NCBI GenBank assembly: GCA_048013815.1
Contig: CM106586.1
Span: forward strand, 248,001-312,000
Length of the DNA stretch: 64,000 nucleotides
Origin: Setoptus koraiensis
Lineage: Eukaryota > Animalia > Arthropoda
Direction: 5' to 3'
The notes beneath the pieces were generated by a model. That model saw nothing but the letters and a program-made list of their open reading frames with translations. It searched no databases and was not told the origin of the DNA. Of this stretch, positions 24,917 to 36,302 are shown one piece after another; positions within the stretch are counted from its first letter, which is position 1, and each line of letters opens with the position of its first letter. Position numbers and translations under genes: made by a program.

Positions 24917-26777
24917 ATGGGCACACCTCCATCTGTATGTTCGCTCTGACTGATCACAGTCCTGAATTTTCAACTGGTTTTGCTCCCTACTTCTACAGGC
25001 CCCATCCAAACACACTCTATTTGCTCTTATTCTGCTGAGTGTCTCTGTCACATGCGTCGGAGCCGAGCTTCTCCCAAAAGATAAAGCGAGAATCCTCTAC
25101 AATTTCTTCAAACTTGGGGAGAATTTTTGCCAGCTACAGAAACTTTACCAAAACAAAACTTTCGAAGTTGGCCAATTTCCGACGGAACGGAGAACTGTCA
25201 TTGATTGGAAAAAAAATTTTCTCGAGTTTGGCAACGTCAATGCTCCAAGGGGCGGTGCTCGTGAGGAGTTAACAAAAATCACGCCGGAACTTATTGAAAA
25301 AGTTAGAGTGGCCTGCAAAAATGGTACAGTACCAACAAGTACGAGATTGATAGCAGCGGAAGTAGGCCTCAGTAGGTGTACCGTTCACAGAATACTTAGA
25401 TGCAAACTGAAGTTGAAAGGATACCATCCACGCCACCTGCCCCGCCTTTACGGAGCTCAAGAGAAACGTATAGCATTTGCGGAAGCCATCCTTGAACGAG
25501 CGCCCCTTGAAAACGATACTTTCTACGAAAGACTCGTCTTCTCCGACGAGGCTTGGTTCACGACTGGAGGTCACGTGAACAAGCACAACACAGTTTATTA
25601 CGCAGATAAAAACCCGCATCATATTGTGGAGACTGAGTTGCACGCTAAAAAGAAAATGGCCATTGTATTCATCGGTCATTCATTCAGAAGAGGCCCGTTC
25701 TTTTTCGACGAGAATATAAACGCAGATAATTACATAAAAATGCTCCATGAAAAATTCTTTGATAATTCAACGATTCGAACATTCAGAAACCGTCGAAAAA
25801 TTTTCATGCAAGACGGAGCTAAACCGCACTCAGCCTTCAAAACGGTTAACTATTTAAACATGCAAACTGACGGTCAATGGATCGGAATCGGATCCTCCTT
25901 CTTAGAGTGGCCCCCACATTCGCCAGACTTGAACCCCCTCGACTTTTTCCTCTGGGGTCATCTTAAACAGCAAGTTTACCAGCATGGCAGAAGTTTCAGA
26001 GACAACCTGCCGTCTCTCATTAACACAATTGAAAATGAGTTTTGGGATATACTAAGTTTCACGATCGACAAGGCTTGTACGACCGAATTCCATGGTAGAC
26101 TCAAGAAAGTCATCGAACTGAAAGGCGCCGTCGTTTCTCACGCAAGAGAGAATCGAATAACTTCCGAAGATACTTATGCCTTTCTCAATCCAGATTTAGC
26201 TGCACAGCTTGATCCGGAAAATTTGTACGGTATTGATTTCGACCGCCTCTACATTTCGAACCCCCCAGGCACTGTGGTGGAAGACTGGTGCCACTGTAAC
26301 GGAACTTGTCCTAGGTGCTTGGAGCCGCTAGATGATCTTCCGAGCGAACTACGTCCCCTCGATGAACCCTCGCCAGAGAAAAGGCCCCGTCTCGAACGAA
26401 GTGTCGAATTTAGTGATCTTAACGAAACCCAAACATATGGAGACGATGTTGACGAAGTCTGTACGCGCAACTCCACCCAACCCGAAGAAAAGAAGCAAAA
26501 GCGATGCAAAAAATGTCGAAAATGTCGAAGATGTAGGAAGTGTCCGACACAGCGTAAATGTATGAGTTCAAGAGGAGCCACTGCATCGAGGAGGTCACCA
26601 TTTTCTAGATCAAGCTTGATTGCTCGCCTCGCTCTATCTGCCGTTGCCCTTACTCAAAGCCAACACGATGCTTATGAAGAGAGCTATGAGCGAGAAGAGC
26701 TGTTCTCAGACGAACCAAGCACTCATGAAGAGGATGATTATGACTCAAACCACGACCCATGCTGGACGACCCATTAA
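24917..26777 (+). CDS. rosa-like DD42D transposase, predicted two exons (24917-24934, 24999-26777), about 598 aa
   Basis: FSDEA, FMQDGAKPH and WPPHSPDLNPLDFFLWG motifs; stop-free frame from 24966; phase-0 64-nt intron GTATGT...CTGAC...pyrimidine tract...CTACAG links it to ATG 24917. Confidence 0.8.
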
Positions 26778-27046
26778 ATTGCTCAAAAATTGAAAGAGAT
26801 GGCGATAGACTGCATGCCCATATGGACTTCCTGCGATCACTGTTCATGAATGCGTGTCACCCTGTGCTCTGGGTTTAAGATTTTTACTTTGAACAAACCC
26901 AGACCGGCCTAGATTCGCCCATACATGCAAATTTCCTGAATATCTCGAGAACCGGAAGTTGTAGAGATTTGAAAATGATGTCATCGAGGTTGTAGTAGTC
27001 TGATATACCAACATACCGAGTTTCAAGGCTGTATCTCAAAGATGAA

Positions 27047-27546
27047 NNNNNNNNNNNNNNNNNNNNNNNNNNNNNNNNNNNNNNNNNNNNNNNNNNNNNN
27101 NNNNNNNNNNNNNNNNNNNNNNNNNNNNNNNNNNNNNNNNNNNNNNNNNNNNNNNNNNNNNNNNNNNNNNNNNNNNNNNNNNNNNNNNNNNNNNNNNNNN
27201 NNNNNNNNNNNNNNNNNNNNNNNNNNNNNNNNNNNNNNNNNNNNNNNNNNNNNNNNNNNNNNNNNNNNNNNNNNNNNNNNNNNNNNNNNNNNNNNNNNNN
27301 NNNNNNNNNNNNNNNNNNNNNNNNNNNNNNNNNNNNNNNNNNNNNNNNNNNNNNNNNNNNNNNNNNNNNNNNNNNNNNNNNNNNNNNNNNNNNNNNNNNN
27401 NNNNNNNNNNNNNNNNNNNNNNNNNNNNNNNNNNNNNNNNNNNNNNNNNNNNNNNNNNNNNNNNNNNNNNNNNNNNNNNNNNNNNNNNNNNNNNNNNNNN
27501 NNNNNNNNNNNNNNNNNNNNNNNNNNNNNNNNNNNNNNNNNNNNNN
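27047..27546. other. Assembly gap (500 N)
   Basis: Run of N. Confidence 1.
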
Positions 27547-27573
27547 AAAAAATTAAGCGCTCGAAATACTGAT

Positions 27574-27879
27574 TTGATCAGTATTACTTGTATAATCTGC
27601 TCTCATTGTTCAAAGGTTTTATGTCTGGAACATTTCTTGGATCGGCATTGTTTTCACCAGATAGAACACGATTTTATACTTCACGTCGAGCATGAGAGGG
27701 CTCTACCTCAGGTTCATTATAATGTCACAGACGAGACCCATGGTCAACGAGCTAGCCAGCAACAACCAATCATCGATGTAGCCCCAGCAGCACCAAGTGC
27801 TGCAGGACATCCATATGCGTCGAGTAGCGACGATGATCATGACGAGTTGTTCGTAGAGAGAGAAGAGAAAGAGATCTAA
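27574..27879 (+). pseudogene. Possible Cys/His-rich C-terminal tail of a DNA-transposase-type gene
   Basis: CSHCSKVLCLEHFLDRHC motif followed by an acidic tail; upstream part lost at the gap or a repeat. Confidence 0.3.
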
Positions 27880-28717
27880 TGTATGTAAAATGAACACACA
27901 TTAATAAATTTTCTTCTGTTTGATATTTCACTCCAAAACATGTCTAGAGAGTCGTTATAAGGTACGAGAGAGTGTTAGAAACAAACTAATTTTTACTGTG
28001 ATTATTGCAGAAAAACGACAAAAAACGGGTATATGACTAGCCTATTTGTGCTCAGCTCGACCAGCCGAGAACAGATAGGCTAAGCATAACCCAATAGGAG
28101 TCCAACACCTAAGTAGGGTTCCTTGTTAGCGGACTCACGCGTCTCAAATTCTTCTTTACTTTTGGGTCCAAGGGAAATCGCTGGCGGAGGCTTCATATTC
28201 TCCATTTCTAGGATAACAATATCCTGTGATTGAGGTTCTTCTGGCAAGATAGGATCGCTTCGCGTATCCCCGCCGAACTTGTGATCGTACGGCTCCCATG
28301 CACGATCATCTTGCTCTTGGACATTCTCGTTTCATGATGCATCGCTCCGCAACAGTTACGTGTCACAAGCTGACCACAACAGGTGAATTTGTTTAACTCT
28401 GCGACGTCATGCTTCGCACGACGTCGCGTAACTGTCGCTTCGCGACAGTTATGTTGTTCTCACTGTTTGTTTATTGCACCTTCTCTTACGCAAGCGCAAG
28501 CAAACCACGTGATCGGATGCGTTGTATCTAACCACGACCGTAAACGACTGTAAACGAAGCATAAGAGGTGAATAAGAACCGCTCGTGGAGCGGAATAAGG
28601 ACCGTATGAATACGCCTGGCATCAATTTACAGAGCCAAAAAGGATTACAACGTCGCTTTGAACTACTTGGAGAAGGCGCTAAGCGAGGATCAATGTTATT
28701 CAGGCCTGAAAGAGTTG

Positions 28718-29558
28718 GGTTGTTGTAGCGATTAGGTCCCACCGCCGATCGTGATGAAACTTCCGGTACCGGTTCATCTTGACCCATAACCATCAGGTAG
28801 AGTGGTCCGGAAGTGCGGAAACTTCCGGTTCCGGTTTTAACCAAAGTTGCTTCTAGAGAGTTGAAACTCACCAGACTGACGTTCTAGATGACGACTAACA
28901 GGATGGCATAACTTTTAGCACTTCACCACTTCCGGTTCTCTGGTTATAGCGATATCTCTAGAATTGAGAGACCAGAAGTTGCCGAATTCAGGCTTCGGTA
29001 CACTCAGGGAAGAGCCTGCAATTGTTCTTAGAACTCGGCCTGCGGTCTCGTATTCTGGAGGCCGTCACATCTCCGTCGTCGCTCCCGCGACGACGTCGTG
29101 CGACGGGAACCCTTCGGGTAGAGTTGATGAGCGCTTCGGGTATCGGGCTGTGCCCACACAGCTGCAGGCGGGAAGAGTGAACGAACCACCCAACAGAGTA
29201 TGAAAAAGAGGGGATTAAATGACCGAAACAGACGTGAATAGAGAGTGCAGCGAGCACGAGGCATAGAATTGGTCCGCTGACCGCAACCGCACAGGCCCGG
29301 CCAAACCCCAAAATTTGGTTTAACCTCTGTATCTGATGAACCGGAAGTTAAAGCGGATTAATTTTGATCTCATCATGCTCCGCTAGTTGTCATCTGACTA
29401 ATTCTGAATTTTCACAGCTCTATCTCAACATTTATGTATCTCCGAAACCGGAAGTTTCCGCACTTTCGGACTACTCAATTCATAATATAGGGCCCCTACG
29501 AGGCCTGTGTGTCAAGTTTCATGATGATCGGCGCTGGGACTCCATCGCAACAACACCC
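28718..29558 (+). mobile_element. Merlin-type MITE, family 1, both ends, no TSD
   Basis: GGTTGTTGTAGCGATTAGG...CGCAACAACACCC; core at ~29030-29150; flanks do not match. Confidence 0.8.
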
Positions 29559-30657
29559 GGGAGTCTTTCCGCTTTCTTTGTATATGTCCACCTATTTACC
29601 GTTGCGCAGTAATGATAATCAGACATCCATTGTCTCGCCTTTGTAGTATTTTCGTCGAAATCTTTCTTCTAGATTGTTGCTCCTCTGGGTCACGTGCACT
29701 TGACCCAGCGATTGTTTCTCCTTCGTCGATTTCTTCTTCATCTTCTACCTCTTCTACGGTTTCCGCATCTTCTTCTGGTGGTGGTACGCTGTTTCTTCGT
29801 AAGGCTTCTATTATTCGTTGCTTATCTTCTCAACTGAGATTTGATCTATTAACCGACTCTATTTGTCGTTGTAGTTCTTGATTGTCACTGTCCAACATCG
29901 AGTCAAAGATGGACAAGCTAATTCACGATTACAACAATAATGGATCCTTAGTTGCAATCAAAGAACAGCTCGTTCCGATAAAGAAGATGTTTGATAACAG
30001 TACAATAACTACCGCTATAACTCACCTCAGAGGCAACATAAAGAAAGTCTTCACCACGATCGAATACACTATAGAAATAGGTATTGTGATCTTTTCAATA
30101 ATATTACTTATTATTTTTGTACACGGGGAGTTGTAGCGCTCAAATAAAGCGCCAACACATATAGCGCGCACTCGCCGCGCTACGGCCGTGCATGGTGCCG
30201 TTAACACCACGCAGCACGGCCAGGCGCGACAAGTGCGCGCCTCAGGCTAAAGACATGTAAATGGGCAATTCTGCTGACCTCAGCAGAATGCCCCTATAAA
30301 TAAAGCCACCACTGATCGACAAAGATCAGTCGTGATCAGACCTACTCCGAGACAACATCTCAAACAGATCATATCCCTTATACAAGTGCAATGAACGGAC
30401 AAACGAGGGTATCTCGGGGTAGTTCTATATCTGAAAAAGTACTTGTACTTGCTAGGATTCGAACCTAGACACTTGAATATACGTTTCAATGCTCTGCCAG
30501 TTAAGCTACAAGTCGGTTCCTTTATTAGTGTAGACTATGTCCCTTATATGCATACCCTGTCCGTTACACAAGCACACAGCGCGTGACTCTAAAGATCGAA
30601 AACTGTGAATATCCACAAATAGATCGGTACGTGGATATTCACTGGCATACAAAGTCG

Positions 30658-31973
30658 GGTTGTTGTAGCGATTAGTGCCCCGCTCCAATTTTGATGAGAC
30701 TTCCGGTACGTGTATGTCTTGACCCCAATGAACTGGAAAAGTGGGTCCGGAAGTGCGGAAACTTCTGGTTCCGGTTTCACATGATGTTCGAACTAGAGGT
30801 CTGAAACTCACCAGAGAGACTTTACTGACCACGCTGGATATGATGGCATGATTCTCAGCTCTGTGCGACTTCCGGTTTACCAGATGTGCAGAAATATTTG
30901 ACGTGAGAAGACCGGAAGCGGAGAAATTGGAGCTCCACTTCGCTCAGGAACGAGTCTGCGATGGGTCTGAGAACTCGGCCTGCGGCCTCGTATTCTGGAG
31001 GCCGTCACATCTCCGTCGTCGCTCCCGCGACGACTGCGTGCGACGGGAGCCCTCCGGGTAGGGTTGATGAGCGCTTCGGGTTTCGGGCTGCGCCCTCTAC
31101 CCTCCGCTCACAGTACTGCAATCCATTCACGACCGTAAGTAGAAGAACGGACTGTTCATCGTGGAGCTGCACATCCAACTGTGAGAATCTGGCGAGCAGG
31201 GAGTGGCGCAGGCTTTTGTGTGGATCAGTACTGGCCTGCTAGCGCACGTATTAGGTCGATATTTTGGGTGTTGTAGCGAACTGGGCGTAGCTCATATCGC
31301 GACGAAACTCACGGTGTGTGTACCTTAGGGGGCCCTGATGTAGATTTGTTTAGACCGGAAGTGTAGAAATTACAGGTTCCGGTTTTAGCTTAATCTTCGA
31401 GCTACAGTCTTGAAAGTCAGTATGTATGTGGATTTGAGTACGATGATTCCGATGACATCAATTTCTGATTCTTACAACTTCCGGTTCACAAGATATTTCG
31501 TGATAACCGCAGCAAGGGCGGCGACGGGACGGAATATCGACCAAGTACGTGCGCTAGCAGGCCCGTACAGATCAACATCGAAGCCTGCGCCATTCCGGTT
31601 CTTGAGATCCTCACAGTCGGATGTGCAGCTTCACGATGAACAGTCTGTTCTTCTACTTACGGTCGTGTATGGATTGCAGTCATGTGAGCGGAGGGTAGAG
31701 GGCGCAGCCCGATACCCGAAGCGCTCATCAACCCTACCCGGAGGGCTCCCGTCGCACGCAGTCGTCGCGGGAGCGACGACGGAGATGTGACGGCCTCCAG
31801 AATACGAGGCCGCAGGCCGAGTTTTCAGACCCATCGCATACTCATTCCCGAGCAAAGAGGAGCTCCAATTTACCGCACTTCCGGACCATTCTTTCCGGTC
31901 TATAGACGTCAAGATGTAACCGTGCAGGATGTTTCATCAAAATCGGGGCGGGGCACTAATCGCTACAACAACC
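30658..31973. mobile_element. Fold-back dimer of two family 1 left arms
   Basis: GGTTGTT...AACAACC termini; core on + at ~30965-31120 and on - at ~31670-31830. Confidence 0.75.
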
Positions 31974-32633
31974 GATCCTTGGAGCGGTGATCATGCGTTA
32001 TGCTGAAATACCCATCATACCCCACACCAGTTATTTCGAATTCGAGTCGATTCTCCACTTCCGGAATACCTTCAAAAGGATGAGGGTTTTTTGATGTACG
32101 CAAATAGTGCCCGAAATACCTCAAGTACGCTCCGAAGACTCCTAGCGGTCGTCGAGTATCTCGAAACTCCCACTGTGCGGTACCTCGGGTAACTCGAAAA
32201 CCGTAAATTTCTACATCTTATGAATATTTGTTTGGGTATCAGGATACTATACACTACCCGAATATACCCAAAATACCCAGATCGGAACTACGCCCAGTTC
32301 GCTACAACAGCCGATATTTTTTCCCGTCACCACCCCTGCAGTGGTTATCACCAAATATCTTGTGAACCGGAAGTTGTTCAGACTTGAAATTTACTGTATC
32401 GTACTTTGCGTGCTTTTATCTAGATGTATAGAGTGTTTCAGGTCCATATCTCAATTTTTAGCGCTTAATTTTAATTAAGGGCTTATGATGTAGTGCTGTG
32501 GGATCCTGAAGATCACGCATGAATATCCACGCACGGTATGGTGGTGGATACTTAATTCGTGCATTTCATAGGATATTCACCAATTGTGCTATGGTGATTC
32601 ACGCGCTGTGTGCTTGTGAATACTCCGACTTTG

Positions 32634-33493
32634 GGTTGTTGTAGCGAATAGCGACCCGCCCCGATTTTGGTGAAACTTCCGGTACGGGTACTTCTTGACC
32701 CCAATAGACCGGAAAAGTTGGTCCGAAAGTGCGGAAACTTCCGGTTCCGGTTTTACATAAAGTTAAAGATAGAGCTCCGAAATTCACCAGAGAGACGTTT
32801 CAAGCTACGCTGAACACGATGAAATAATATTCAGCTCTCTGCAACTTCCGGTTGTCTAGAAATAGAGATATTACAAGGGTTTGAAGACCGGAAGTGACCG
32901 AATTATTGCTTCGCTGCGCTCGGGGATGAACATGCGATGGGTCTGAAAACTCGGCCTGCGGCCTCGTATTCTGGAGGCCGTCACATCTCCGTCGTCGCTC
33001 ACGCGACGACTGCGTGCGACGGGAACCCTTCGGGTAGGGTTGATGAGCGCTTCGGGTATCGGGCTGCGCCCTCTACCCTCCGCTCAGGTGACTGCAATCC
33101 ACACAGGAATGAAGGTGAAAGAACGAACTGGAGACATGTTTTTGGCACAGAAAAAAGGCTGTGCCAGCTTGTGTGATAAATTGCATGAGCCTCTGAGCGC
33201 ACGAATTCATTCAGGCGCGCGGATAGTTCGTCCCGTCGACGCCCTCTCAGCAGTTTTAACCAAATATCTCGTGAACCGGAAGTCGTACAGACTTGAAATA
33301 GACATGATCGTATTCCGCATGCACAGTTTCAGTTATCTAGTGAGTTTCAAATCTGTATCTCAATGTTTTTGTAAAACCGGAACCGGAAGTTTCCGCACTT
33401 CCGGACCACTCAAACTGTTGTCAGGGGGCCCCACGGGCCCGATGTGTAAAGTTTCATCGAAATCTGACTGGGTCGCTATTCGCTACAACACCC
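32634..33493 (+). mobile_element. Merlin-type MITE, family 1 (GAATAGCGACC subtype)
   Basis: Both ends present; almost identical to 45680-46717 apart from that copy's solo LTR; no 8-bp TSD. Confidence 0.85.
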
Positions 33494-33889
33494 GCGCTGT
33501 GTGCTTGCATACATTAGCACTAGCATAATCAGTGCTTAGTGAGTGTGTAGGCTGAAATGTGCTTGGGAGGTGGGAGGTACACTCAAGCTTAAGACTCGAA
33601 AGTTCGTCCACCTCCCAAACACACATTTACTAGGGAGGTGGATTGAATTTTGATTCTCGGGCTCATGTCTAGTTAGGAGGTGGACCGAAGCTATAACGAG
33701 ATAGGTTTAGCTACTCAAAATAGCGTGGGGCGACTCATGCTTGGGAGGTAGACTAGCTTGAGCTTAAACAATAAGTTCACCTCCTGAGCATGCAACAACC
33801 TACATACAAGTTTGAGACTCGAAGGTTCGTCCACCTCCCCAACACACATTTCAGGGAGGTGGATTGAATTTTAAGTCCCGGGCCAAAGA

Positions 33890-34602
33890 AATTTTGGCTG
33901 ACGGATGTCATGTGAATATCGTGATATTTGAACATGTTCCCACCTATCCGTTTTGATGATACTGCGTGTGTGTGTTGTGCATGTTGCTCGCAACATTCTG
34001 TGCAAGTATGATCAGAAATCAATTGGTCGTTTTCGAGACAGAAAGAAATTTCGGATGACGGATGTCATGTATAGTCATCGATTTCTGAACATGTTCCCAC
34101 CTATCCGTTTTGATGATACTGCGTGTGTGTGTTGTGCATGTTGCTCGCAACATTTTGTGCAAGTATGATCAGAAATCAATTGGTCGTTTTCGAGACAGAA
34201 AGAAATTTTGGATGACGGATGTCATGTGAATATCGTGATATTTGAACATGTTCCCACCTATCCGTTTTGATGATACTGCGTGTATGTGTTGTGCATGTTG
34301 CTCGAAACATTTTGTGCAAGTATTACATTATGTGCGATTTTCGAAACTGTTCTCACCAGGATAAATTCTTGAAACTTTCTAGAGACAGCAAGCACTGTGC
34401 CATACACGATCTGTGCAAGTCTTATAAATTTTCTGTTTCTAGTATTGGCGCTATAGGCAATTCTGGATCATGTTAGCTCATTCAATACATCTGATTTCTG
34501 ATCACATGTGAATATCGTGATATTTGAACATGTTCCCACCTATCCGTTTTGATGATACTGCGTGTATGTGTTGTGCATGTTGCTCGCAACATTTTGTGCA
34601 AG
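33890..34602 (+). repeat. 157-bp tandem satellite, left part (resumes at 40056-40460)
   Basis: ACGGATGTCATGT recurs at 33901, 34058 and 34215, and again at 40111, 40268 and 40425 (157-bp period). Confidence 0.9.
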
Positions 34603-35018
34603 TGTTAAGATATGTGTCGAAATATAGGCCTAACCATCTATGGTGAAAGTCCATAGATGGGTAGGTAATAAAATTAGTAGACCTAGCTACGAGGTCGAAT
34701 GTAGGGCGAAAGTGTAATAAAAATTAGAGTGCTAAAGAGAGAGAGAGGGAGAGTTAGAGAAGGAGAAAGAGAGTGAAGGAGAGAGAGAGAAAGCAATAGA
34801 ACTGAGTCGAAAAAGAAAAATAGTTAGTTGAAAAAGAGTCGTCGATGCGAGTAGATGAAAAACATAACAAATAAATAAATCAACAAAAAGATAACAAGTC
34901 TCATAGTTTAAATAGCCAACATTTAATATGGGGGTCCGGCAAAAGAACCCAATCAGTTAAGTTAATCAAATAAATTAAATTAATAAGAAGAAATACACTT
35001 CGTATCTTAGTTGGCGGG

Positions 35019-36302
35019 GTGGTTGTGTTGAAAATCTTAAAAAGTACATCAAAAGCAAAGACTACAAAGGAATCACGGTGGATAACCGAAGAAATCTTGG
35101 ACTGCAGCCGAAATTTCCTAAAGTACCACCTGAAGAGACCTTTGACGTTCAAGTTTAGGTTAACAGGCAAGTATCAATCTTGTATGGCAGAATTAGAACG
35201 TGATCAGAGAGATAGAATAATCAAAGAGTTCAACAGCTACCTCCTAGAAGTCGAAACTATAGTCAGCGACACGATTATAAGTAAAGCGGGACGTGACCGG
35301 TTACTTGTCGTGCTAGACAAGATCTACAGCATCTATAGACAAGCCTTCACAATCTCGGAAGAATATCTCCAAAAGAAGAATAAGAAAGTACTGAAACCCG
35401 AAAATATACGGCAATATTGCGAGGATATTGCTCGGAGTAAGACGGCTGGTGTACCGACAACGCTATTAATCAAGAATCACATAAGCAGTGTAATAGCGAG
35501 AATATATTACGATTTTAACGTTCCGATATTTTCGGCCGTATCTAAGAAGAAACTTATTGGTCAATTTGTATTAATCGACGCGAAAAAGTTTGTTCTGTTC
35601 AATATAAGAGAAGGCTCAGAACCAGCCCCTGTAGAACCTATCGAAAACATAGAAGGCGACGAAGATCAACTCAACGAGACAGCCAGAGGTGCTTTTAACC
35701 AGTATGAAGAACAAAACCCTATCTTGTCTGGATCAAATCTAACGGTGCGATCAAGTGAACCCAGAGAGCTAGGGCAATCATCAAACACTGCGTCGGAAGC
35801 TAGTTTAATTGCGGATAGAGAGCACAGATTAACGACTTCCGACAGCGCGTACGAGTCGAGGCATAATATATCTACCCAAGTAATAGAAGAAGAAAGTGAT
35901 TCAGACAACGACGAAGAATTTGACGCAACGATAATCGATAGCGGCACGGAGAAATCGATACCGCAAGCACAAACTCCAATAAAAGAATCGCAGGTAGAGG
36001 AAATCACAGAGGCATCGCCAACGGAACAAGCTACCGAGACACCGCAAGCGGAAGAAGAGTTAGCTTTGAACGATTCAGTCGAATAGCAACCATCATTATT
36101 GGAATTTAGCTTCCGAACCTTCGAGAACTCAAAGGACGAAGAGGAATTAATAGAACAAGTCATGGGCGATAGATCGGCCGCCGAAGAAGACCGGAACTTG
36201 TCTAAGAAGAAACCACCAACATTCGACGGGGTGTCAAACGCTCGTAGTTGGTGGAAGGAATACGGGCAGATGTGGCCACGCTCCAGGTTAACATCTAGAT
36301 AA
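35019..36302 (+). CDS. ORF1 (355 aa, unknown, acidic tail) in frame, via one TAG, with a gag-like segment
   Basis: 36099 is in frame with 35019; PPTFDGVSNARSWWKEY resembles the start of a gypsy capsid. Confidence 0.55.

Larger units (their letters stand above)
23893..26830 (+). mobile_element. Second rosa-like Tc1/mariner element (right TIR not found)
   Basis: TA|TAGGGTGTCTC left end; shares the subterminal palindrome CCTTCCACAGTGC...GCACTGTGGAAG with the 14536 element; carries a transposase. Confidence 0.7.

Noticed and set aside
24794-25051. Second Merlin-like fragment (RTYRWRC) on the minus strand
   Set aside because: It is antisense to the exon, intron and signal region of transposase 2 and is better explained as chance.
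27042-27572. ORFs spanning N runs (also 43387-44180)
   Set aside because: Artefacts of assembly gaps.
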